64,000 bases of DNA. Origin: Verrucomicrobiota bacterium (GTDB lineage: Bacteria; Verrucomicrobiota; Verrucomicrobiia; Limisphaerales; JBBRPK01). This document shows, one piece after another, positions 17,796 through 25,121 of the stretch. The position numbers were made by a program, and so were the translations under genes. The stretch spans positions 4,551-68,550 of the forward strand of contig JBBRPK010000010.1 of assembly GCA_038228235.1 (NCBI GenBank). Reading direction: 5' to 3'. The notes below the pieces were generated by a model. It was given only the letters and a program-made list of their open reading frames with translations, was not told where the DNA came from and did no database searches. Within the stretch, counting starts at the first letter, position 1; each line of letters begins with the position of its first letter.

Positions 17796-17799
17796 TCGT

Positions 17800-18100
17800 A
17801 TGGACAACGCCTCGCTCCAAAATCTTCTCAAGCGGCTCTGCAAGGTGATGTGGGAGGCCAACGTCACAAACCCCATTACCTATGTCACCCAGATTTCCTA
17901 CCTCATCTTCTTGAAAATGCTGGAGGAGATGGACGCGGAACAGGAGGACAATCCGATAAGCGGCGGCGGCAAACGCCAGCCAATCTTCATCAAAGTCAAA
18001 GTTGCCGGTGAAACCGTGGATTTCGGCAAACTCCGATGGTCGATCCTCACCTCCGACCCCGATAACGCGCGCATGTTGGAATCCTTGCGCACGCTGCCGC
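17800..18100 (+). pseudogene. N-terminal fragment of a type I R-M methylase subunit (hsdM), lacking the methyltransferase domain
   Basis: MDNASLQNLLKRLCKVMWEANVTNPITYVTQISYLIFLKMLEEMD.. resembles the EcoKI HsdM N-terminus (..LWKLCDNLRDGGVSYQNYVNELASLLFLKM). It starts 5 nt after the hicA stop. No AdoMet or NPPF/Y motifs follow. The frame runs without a stop into the next gene. Confidence 0.5.
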
Positions 18101-18171
18101 CCAAACTCGCTCTTCATCCCGCGCTTTCGCCTGCCGCCCTCAGCCTGATTTGGCGATGCAATATTCCTGCC

Positions 18172-21096
18172 ATGAGGCTTGTCCTCCTTCTGGGGACCAT
18201 CCATGGCATTGGAGGGGATGTCTGTGTCGCGGCGGCCCGTGTGCCGTGGACGACTTCCCGAGTGGTCGGGTCGCCGAATCCGCCCGCACCCTACACTACA
18301 GTGCGACAATTTCCGGCGCTCAACTTTCAGCATCCAGTGGATCTTGCCCCGGCGCCGGGTTCGGAACGGTTGTTTCTTCTGGAGCAAGGCGGCAAGCTGT
18401 TTTCGTTTCTAGGCCACACCAACTCACAGAGGGCGGATCTTGTGTTCGACTTCAGCAAACACCATCAGCCCTTCGACAGTTCCTACGCGATTGCGTTCCA
18501 TCCACGGTTTGCCGAGAACCACTTTCTGTTCGTCTGTTACGTCGAACCCGGCGGCCGCACCAATGGATCGTTCATTTCCCGTTTCACGGTTTCCGGCTCA
18601 GACCCCCCCACAATTGATCCTGCGAGCGAACGAATCATCATTCGCTGGCTGAGCGGTGGTCACAATGGATGCACCGTGGCCTTCGGCAACGACGGTTTTC
18701 TATACATTTCCACAGGGGATGGGGCGAACCCCGACCCACCCGATGTTCCCTATAACACCGGCCAAGACATCAGCGACTTGCTGGCGGGCATCCTGCGCCT
18801 CGATGTCGATCACGCCAAAGGGACAAACTCGTACGCTATCCCTGCGGATAATCCGTTCTTGAAGATTGCCGGGGCGCGCCCGGAAGTCTATGCGTTTGGT
18901 CTGCGCAACCCATGGCGAATGAGTTTTGATCGCCCCACTGGCGATCTTTGGGTAGGGGACGTGGGCTGGGAACAATGGGAAATGGTCTATCGGGTCCACT
19001 CTGGCGGCAACTACGGCTGGTCGATTACCGAAGGGCCGAACACTCAGGTGCGACCGGACCTCAGGGCCGGGCCCGGCCCCATTCAGCAGCCGCTGATAGC
19101 ATTGCCGCACAGCGAAGCGGCCAGCATTACCGGCGGTGTGGTCTATCGCGGCAAGAGACTGCCCAAATTGCGGGGCGCTTATGTCTATGGCGATTGGGAA
19201 ACGGGCAAGTTTTGGGCGTTGCGACACGACGGCGACAAGCTCCTCTCGAATGATGAGTTGTGCAACACCACGTTGAAGCCGGTGACATTCGCACTCGATC
19301 GCGAGGGCGAATTGCTGTTCCTGGATTATAACGGCGGTATTTATTCGCTGGCGCCGAGCATGGCGCCGCCAGCCAATCTTTCCTTCCCGCGCAAACTCAG
19401 CGAGACCGGGATTTATGGGGACCTGGAAAAGCTTTCGCCCGCGCCCGGCGTCGTCCCGTATCGAATCAATGCCGAGATGTGGAATGATCTGGCGAGGGCC
19501 GAACGCGTGCTCGGCGTGCCTGGGGAGGGCGCGATCGTCACTGCCGGCGGACGGGAAACTATCGCAGGCCAAATGTGGTTTTTTCCCTCGAACACCGTCT
19601 TTGCTCGCACCCTGACGCTCGACGCGGAACGTGGCCGCCCATCGACGGGCCGTCGCATTGAAACGCAGGTCCTCCACTTTGAAGGCCATACCTGGAATGC
19701 CTACAGTTTTCGGTGGAACGCGGCTCAAACGGATGCTGAACTTGTGCCCGCGGAAGGTGGGAAGGATGAATTCACGGTCACGGATGCTGGGGCTCCGGGG
19801 GGGCGGCGGGAAGTTCCATGGCGCTTTCATGGCCGTGCCGAATGCCTGCGCTGTCATAATGTGTGGGCAGGCGAAGCGCTTTCCTTCAATGGGCTGCAAT
19901 TGAACACGCGCGGCCAACCCAGCGAACTGGAGCGGCTCGAAAAACTTGGTGTGTTGAAAGTGAAGGACGCGCCCGCAGAGTTATCACGCCTGGCCAATCC
20001 CTACGACACCGGACACGGACTGGCCGATAGAGCGCGCTCCTGGCTGCACGTGAATTGTTCGACCTGCCATCGGAATGGCGCGGGAGGCAACGTGCCATCA
20101 TGGTTCAATTACGACCTGCCGCTTGAGAAGTCACGCGCTTACGATGCCAAACCGGTGCGCGGCGACTTTGGAATTGCCGGCGCACGGGTGATCGCGCCTG
20201 GCGATGCGTTCCGCTCAACCTTATTTTACCGAATCAGCACGGAGGCTTCGGGCCGCATGCCGCACGTCGGCTCGCGCGTGGTGGACGAGGCGGGCACCCG
20301 CCTGATGCGCGATTGGATCGGCTCTCTGCCCAGTTTGACCAATGACACGTCGGAGTTGCTGGCAGCGCGCAGGATCGCTGAGGAAAACAATTCGCTGCTG
20401 GCCGGTTGCGAGAGCTTGGACCGTGGGGACCGCGGGGCGACGATGGCGAAGCTGTTGCGGACGGGAAGTGGCGCCCTCAGCTTGCTGGATCACATTTCTT
20501 CCGCGCCAGACAAACAGCAATTGCGCGCCGAAGCAGCCGCGCTCGCTGCGTCGCACACCAATGGGGTCATCCGCGACTTGTTTCAACGCCTGTTGCCCCC
20601 CGAGCAGCGGCGACGCACGCTCGGTGCAGACTTCAATCCGCAGCCGGTCCTGGCTCTTCACGGCAGCGCCGGACGCGGCGAACAAATCTTCACGGGCAAC
20701 TCGCAATGTGCGCGCTGCCACATCTGCAAGGGGGCCGGACGGGCCTTTGGTCCTGATCTGACCGGCATTAACCGCAAATACAACCGCGCTCAGGTGCTCG
20801 AACAAATTCTCTATCCCTCGCGGATCATAGCGCCCGAATATCGGACCACCATCGTGACCTTGCGCGATGACACTGAAATCAGCGGCTTCGTCTTGAAGCG
20901 CACCGCCACAGAACTGATTCTGCGCGACGAACAGTTGACTGAACACAAGCTTGCGCTTGCGGACTTGAAGGACACACGCGAGTCTGCGCTCTCCGCGATG
21001 CCCGAAGGCCTGCTTTCGTCCCTCACTGCGCAAGAGGCTGCCGACCTTCTGGAGTATTTGTGTTCACCTGACGGCGTTAACGGATCCACACGTTAG
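18172..21096 (+). CDS. PQQ-dependent sugar (glucose/sorbosone) dehydrogenase-like beta-propeller fused to c-type cytochrome domains
   Basis: GGHNGCTVAFGNDGFLYISTGDG, YAFGLRNPWRMSFDRPTGDLWVGDVGWEQWE and GGNYGWS match the GSDH family. Three CxxCH sites are present (CLRCH, CSTCH, CARCH). The ORF track starts at 17653 but that part covers hicA and the hsdM fragment. The ATG at 18172 (MRLVLLLG..) is the first plausible start. Confidence 0.8.
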   Translation: MRLVLLLGTIHGIGGDVCVAAARVPWTTSRVVGSPNPPAPYTTVRQFPALNFQHPVDLAPAPGSERLFLLEQGGKLFSFLGHTNSQRADLVFDFSKHHQPFDSSYAIAFHPRFAENHFLFVCYVEPGGRTNGSFISRFTVSGSDPPTIDPASERIIIRWLSGGHNGCTVAFGNDGFLYISTGDGANPDPPDVPYNTGQDISDLLAGILRLDVDHAKGTNSYAIPADNPFLKIAGARPEVYAFGLRNPWRMSFDRPTGDLWVGDVGWEQWEMVYRVHSGGNYGWSITEGPNTQVRPDLRAGPGPIQQPLIALPHSEAASITGGVVYRGKRLPKLRGAYVYGDWETGKFWALRHDGDKLLSNDELCNTTLKPVTFALDREGELLFLDYNGGIYSLAPSMAPPANLSFPRKLSETGIYGDLEKLSPAPGVVPYRINAEMWNDLARAERVLGVPGEGAIVTAGGRETIAGQMWFFPSNTVFARTLTLDAERGRPSTGRRIETQVLHFEGHTWNAYSFRWNAAQTDAELVPAEGGKDEFTVTDAGAPGGRREVPWRFHGRAECLRCHNVWAGEALSFNGLQLNTRGQPSELERLEKLGVLKVKDAPAELSRLANPYDTGHGLADRARSWLHVNCSTCHRNGAGGNVPSWFNYDLPLEKSRAYDAKPVRGDFGIAGARVIAPGDAFRSTLFYRISTEASGRMPHVGSRVVDEAGTRLMRDWIGSLPSLTNDTSELLAARRIAEENNSLLAGCESLDRGDRGATMAKLLRTGSGALSLLDHISSAPDKQQLRAEAAALAASHTNGVIRDLFQRLLPPEQRRRTLGADFNPQPVLALHGSAGRGEQIFTGNSQCARCHICKGAGRAFGPDLTGINRKYNRAQVLEQILYPSRIIAPEYRTTIVTLRDDTEISGFVLKRTATELILRDEQLTEHKLALADLKDTRESALSAMPEGLLSSLTAQEAADLLEYLCSPDGVNGSTR

Positions 21097-21111
21097 CTCA
21101 CACGTAGCAAT

Positions 21112-21150
21112 GCGCGATAACACTGAAATCAGCGGCTTCGTCTTGAAGCG
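21112..21150. repeat. 39-bp duplicate of an internal coding segment (copy of 20862-20900)
   Basis: GCGCGATAACACTGAAATCAGCGGCTTCGTCTTGAAGCG differs from 20862-20900 at one base. It lies 16 nt after the stop codon at 21094-21096. Confidence 0.85.
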
Positions 21151-21248
21151 TCTGGATTCTCATACCTCAGCTTACATCGGCTTCGGGAGGGCGGGCTTGA
21201 TCAAGCTGAGCCTTGAATTTCTAAGCTCCTCTAATTACCCTCCGGTCT

Positions 21249-22034
21249 GTGGTCGCTGAGATTTCCGTCCTGGTCCCGGTTTATAATGAGGCCGATAACA
21301 TCCTGCCGCTGGCGCGAGAGGTCGCGGCGGCATTGGAGTCTCGCCCTTACGAACTTTTGTTCGTGGACGATGCCAGTACGGATGGCACCTGGGCGAAAAT
21401 CGAAGAGGCGCACGCACAGGATCATCGTGTGCGCGGTTTGAAGCATTGCCAAAACAGCGGCCAGAGCGCGGCCCTCTGGACAGGGCTTCAAAACTCTTCG
21501 AGCGCCATCATTGCTACTTTGGATGGTGACTTGCAGAACGATCCAGCCGACCTGCCGCGGATGCTGGAGGAATTGGAGCGAGTGGATTTTGTGAGTGGCA
21601 TGAGGCTCACACGGCAGGATAATTTCGTGAGGCGCGCCTCTTCAAAGATCGCCCGCTGGGCGCGCAAGACGATCCTGAAGGTGGATTTCAGGGACACCGG
21701 CTGTGCTATCCGGGTATTCAAGCGTTCGGCATTAACTGGCCTGTTTGCTTTCAATGGACTGCATCGTTTCCTTCCTGTATTGGTGCACGGCAACGGCGCG
21801 AAGACACTCGAGATCCCCGTCAACCACCGCCCCCGCGTGGCGGGAGTTTCGAAATATGGCGTGTGGAACCGCCTCGGGCGCGGACTTTATGACTTGTTCG
21901 CCTTGAATTGGTACCAAAAACGGCGGCTGCGGCCTGTGCCCGTTACAGAGATTGAATACGGAAGCGGGGCGACTGACTTGAACGCGGCATCGGTTTCTCC
22001 CTCGCCCCATCGGATCCGGAGAGGACCGGGGTGA
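21249..22034 (+). CDS. Family 2 glycosyltransferase (polyprenyl-phosphate glycosyltransferase, DPM1/GtrB-like)
   Basis: ISVLVPVYNEADNI..YELLFVDDASTDGT..ATLDGDLQNDPADLP contains the GT2 DxD and ED motifs. Confidence 0.85.
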   Translation: MVAEISVLVPVYNEADNILPLAREVAAALESRPYELLFVDDASTDGTWAKIEEAHAQDHRVRGLKHCQNSGQSAALWTGLQNSSSAIIATLDGDLQNDPADLPRMLEELERVDFVSGMRLTRQDNFVRRASSKIARWARKTILKVDFRDTGCAIRVFKRSALTGLFAFNGLHRFLPVLVHGNGAKTLEIPVNHRPRVAGVSKYGVWNRLGRGLYDLFALNWYQKRRLRPVPVTEIEYGSGATDLNAASVSPSPHRIRRGPG

Positions 22035-22058
22035 GAATTCCCCCAAACAAAATTTCGC

Positions 22059-22128
22059 GTAGCAGCCGATGTGAATCGGCTCTGATCTTTCGCGGAAAAT
22101 TAGTGAGCCGGCTCACGTCGGCTGCTAC
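22059..22128. repeat. REP-like palindromic element, family D, copy 2 (70 bp)
   Basis: Outer arms GTAGCAGCCGA / TCGGCTGCTAC enclose two inner hairpins (GCCGATGTGAATCGGC and GTGAGCCGGCTCAC). It is the reverse-orientation homologue of 25023-25090. Confidence 0.8.
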
Positions 22129-22224
22129 GATGATGGAGAGGGCTCTTTGCAGCGTTCCCGCCTCTGGAAGTACCTGCGAGTGTTTTTTGGTGTCAGGAGC
22201 CGACAAAACTGATTTGCTTTTGCA

Positions 22225-23022
22225 GTGAAAGAACAACCCATCGTCATAAAGGGAAAGATTCGTCTCAAAGATTTTGATCCCGATTATTGTGCCGGGTTGG
22301 ACAAGGAAGGAGCCAAAGCCAAAACCGAGAAATTTGCCGAACGCATTGGAGATTTGCAGCAATTATTCTACGCCAATTCCAACCACGCGATTTTGCTTCT
22401 ATTCCAAGGCCTGGATGCCAGCGGCAAGGACGGCTCAGTTCGCAGTGTGTTGAAGCACGTCAATCCTGCCGGCGTCGAGACTGCCAATTTCAAAGTTCCT
22501 TCCGACGAGGAACGGGCGCATGATTATCTTTGGCGGGTGCACAAAGCTGTTCCGCGCTATGGCAACATCGGCGTGTTTAACCGTTCCCATTACGAGGCGG
22601 TGCTGGTCGAGCGCATTTTGGAAATTGTGCCCAAAGAAGTCTGGTCCAGGCGCTATGGCCAGATTGTGGATTTTGAACGAATGCTCGTGGAGAACAATGT
22701 CATCCTGCTGAAATTTTATTTGCACATCAGCAAAGACGAACAGGCCACACGATTTTTGGAACGCCTCTCCAACCCGCGCAAGAACTGGAAATTCTCACAA
22801 GCCGATTTGACGACCCGCCAGCATTGGGGTGATTACATTGAGGCCTATGAGGACATGCTCAACGCAACCAGCCATAAACAGGCGCGGTGGCATTTGATTC
22901 CCGCCGACCGCAATTGGTATCGAGATTACATCATTGTCCACACGGTGGTCCGCGCCATGGAAGGGCTCAAGATGAAGTGGCCCAAACCCAAACAGGATTT
23001 ATCCAAAGTGCGAATCGTCTAG
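22225..23022 (+). CDS. ppk2: Polyphosphate kinase 2 family protein (PPK2)
   Basis: LLLFQGLDASGKDGSVRSV (Walker A-like), DYLWRVHKAVPRYGNIGVFNRSHYE and RWHLIPADRNWYRD are PPK2 hallmarks. Confidence 0.9.
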   Translation: MKEQPIVIKGKIRLKDFDPDYCAGLDKEGAKAKTEKFAERIGDLQQLFYANSNHAILLLFQGLDASGKDGSVRSVLKHVNPAGVETANFKVPSDEERAHDYLWRVHKAVPRYGNIGVFNRSHYEAVLVERILEIVPKEVWSRRYGQIVDFERMLVENNVILLKFYLHISKDEQATRFLERLSNPRKNWKFSQADLTTRQHWGDYIEAYEDMLNATSHKQARWHLIPADRNWYRDYIIVHTVVRAMEGLKMKWPKPKQDLSKVRIV

Positions 23023-24078
23023 CAGATAAGGCGCGCCGGAAGCCTCGGCAACACCGCGGATTTGTTGCGCCAATGGGGGCGGAATCGGGATGCCATCACG
23101 GCTGCGTTCCTCGCAACAGGCCCGTTCAGGATCGCCGGGAACCAGCACAGGCTGATTCTCGTCGGCGCGTTTGGTGGTGTGCAGAGTATCGATGAGGTGG
23201 GCAAGGTCTTCCTCGAACTCGCCTTCCGCGCGGAAGGCGCGAGGATCCAGCGCGAGGAAGAAATGACCCACATTGTATCGGTCTGAGTTCGGATGCCGGC
23301 GCGAGCGGGTAGTGGCAAAAAAAGCGCCTGGTAACACCGTTGAGAGAATTTCCACTAAGGCTCCCAAACCGTAACCTTTGTGGCTGCTCATCTCGGCGGT
23401 GCCGCCGAGCGGCGTCATGGAGCCGTGCCTCAAAGCCTCCTGTGGCTCTGTGATGGTCTCTCCTTCCTCATCGACAGCCCAACCCGGATTTATTGGTGTG
23501 CCATTCATGGCAGCCAGTTTGATTTTGCCCAAGGCCACAGTGCTGGTGGCCATATCCAGACAAAAAGCAGGATGGCTTCCCGCGGGCGCAGCGAAGGCGA
23601 TGGGATTGGTGCCGAACACTGGCTCAACGCCAAAAGTTGGGACGACCGTCTGCCGCCAAACCGAACTCGTGGAAAGGCCGATGCAACCCCGTTCAGCCGC
23701 CAGCAGGGCATACACACCCGCCGCCCCGTAATGATTGGAGTTGCGCACGGCCACCGAACCGATGCCGGAAGCAAGGCACTTTTCAATCGCCAGGTTCATG
23801 GCTTTGAAAGATGGGTAATGGCCCAGCCCGCCTCCTCCATCAAATAACGCGGTGGCGGGAGTTTCCCGCAGAATTTTTATTTCGGGGTTCAGTGTCAGCT
23901 TTCCCGCGAGGCGAAATTCGTCGTAAAGAGGCAACAGGGCGATGCCATGGGAATCGATCCCCCGCAAGTCTGCCGCCAGTAACATGCGGACGATGATATC
24001 GACCTGTTCGCCCTTCATGCCCCACGCCTCGAAGATGGCCTTTACCTGGCGGGTCAAAAGTTGCGCTGGGACTTTCAT
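22999..24078 (-). CDS. Ldh2-family (malate/L-lactate/sulfolactate-type) NAD(P)H-dependent oxidoreductase
   Basis: LLAADLRGIDSHGIALLPLY, VRNSNHYGAAGVYALLAAERG, PIAFAAPAG and HKGYGLG match the Ldh_2 family. There is a 4-nt start/stop overlap with the upstream aldolase gene. Confidence 0.85.
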   Translation of the reverse strand: MKVPAQLLTRQVKAIFEAWGMKGEQVDIIVRMLLAADLRGIDSHGIALLPLYDEFRLAGKLTLNPEIKILRETPATALFDGGGGLGHYPSFKAMNLAIEKCLASGIGSVAVRNSNHYGAAGVYALLAAERGCIGLSTSSVWRQTVVPTFGVEPVFGTNPIAFAAPAGSHPAFCLDMATSTVALGKIKLAAMNGTPINPGWAVDEEGETITEPQEALRHGSMTPLGGTAEMSSHKGYGLGALVEILSTVLPGAFFATTRSRRHPNSDRYNVGHFFLALDPRAFRAEGEFEEDLAHLIDTLHTTKRADENQPVLVPGDPERACCEERSRDGIPIPPPLAQQIRGVAEASGAPYLLDDSHFG

Positions 24079-24833
24079 GCTTTGAATTTGGCCGCCAGCG
24101 CCTCACTACCGCGGGCCAGCAAACCCAAATCGCTGCCCACTGCCACGATGGTGAAACCTTGCTTCAGCCAGTGTCGAGCGTCCGCTTCGGCGGTGGCGAG
24201 GATGCCCGCGGCTTTACCAGCTTTGCGGATGCGGCAGCCGGCATCTTCGATAGCCGCTCGCACTTCGGGATGATCGCAATTGCCCAGGTGGCCGAGCGAC
24301 GCAGCGAGATCGTTGGGGCCGATGAATAAACCATCCACGCCATCGACCGCCGCAATTGCTTCGATTTCTCGCAAGGCGGAGCCGGTTTCAATTTGGACCA
24401 GCACGCAAAGCTCATCCTGAGCGCGTTGGAGATAATCCTTCACACGCCCATAATGGTTAGCGCGGTGCAAGACCGCCACCCCGCGCACACCGGCGGGAGG
24501 GTAGCGAGTGGCGGTGACGGCGGCGCGCGCCTCGGTCGCATTTTGCACATAAGGAATGAGCAAATTCTGCGCGCCGATGTCCAGAAATCGCTTGAGGAGC
24601 ACGACGTCGTTCCAAGCGGGTCGCACGACAGTTGCGACTCGGCTGCCGGCCAGAACCTGCAGTTGGTTGAAGATCGACGGCAATTCGTTAGGGGCGTGCT
24701 CCGTGTCGAGCAGAATCCAGTCAAAGCCGGCGCCACCAATGACTTCTGCGCTCAGATTGCTGCACAGGCTGCTCCAGAGACCGATTTGTGGCCGACCCTC
24801 GCGGATGGCTTGCTTGAATGGATTGAGGGGCAT
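24075..24833 (-). CDS. HpcH/HpaI-family 2-keto-3-deoxy-acid aldolase
   Basis: MPLNPFKQAIREGRPQIGLW...GFDWILLDTEHAPN..VVRP..LDIGAQNLLIPYV..RYPPAGVRG..QIET matches HpcH/GarL/RhmA-type aldolases. The ATG at 24833 is preferred over the ORF-track start at 25010. Confidence 0.85.
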   Translation of the reverse strand: MPLNPFKQAIREGRPQIGLWSSLCSNLSAEVIGGAGFDWILLDTEHAPNELPSIFNQLQVLAGSRVATVVRPAWNDVVLLKRFLDIGAQNLLIPYVQNATEARAAVTATRYPPAGVRGVAVLHRANHYGRVKDYLQRAQDELCVLVQIETGSALREIEAIAAVDGVDGLFIGPNDLAASLGHLGNCDHPEVRAAIEDAGCRIRKAGKAAGILATAEADARHWLKQGFTIVAVGSDLGLLARGSEALAAKFKA

Positions 24834-25022
24834 GGTCGTGCTGGTCACGAGAGAAATATCCGGGCAGGGCAGGCCGGCGGCAAGAACTTTCGAGGGCGCG
24901 AGGAAGTGAGTTAGGCTTTTGGTGGAGCGCCGGCCGGCGTGAGCGCGCCATGTCTTTCTCGGCTTGCAAGGGATCGCATAGCCGGAGAAAACTCGCTGTT
25001 CGAACTCCATGCCCTTCCGTTC

Positions 25023-25090
25023 GTAGCAGCCGAGGTCAGCCGGCTCATATCTCTCCGGAAAGATCAGAGCCGACTTACATCGGCTGCTAC
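25023..25090. repeat. REP-like palindromic element, family D, copy 3 (68 bp)
   Basis: GTAGCAGCCGAGGTCAGCCGGCTCAT..GATCAGAGCCGACTTACATCGGCTGCTAC. It has the same architecture as 22059-22128 in the opposite orientation. Confidence 0.8.
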
Positions 25091-25121
25091 AGTCACTTTG
25101 GAGCTTCGGTTCCGCAGCAGC

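Noticed and set aside
17653-17799. ORF-track start at 17653 for the 1147-aa product
   Set aside because: This part lies in an alternative frame over hicA and has no protein-like features. The ORF is long only because no stop occurs before the hsdM fragment and the dehydrogenase gene.
18700-19917. 405-aa minus-strand ORF
   Set aside because: It is antisense to the well-supported GSDH/cytochrome c gene. It is Arg/Pro/Ala-rich with no motifs, as is typical of GC-rich antisense frames. The same reasoning applies to 20221..21033 -.
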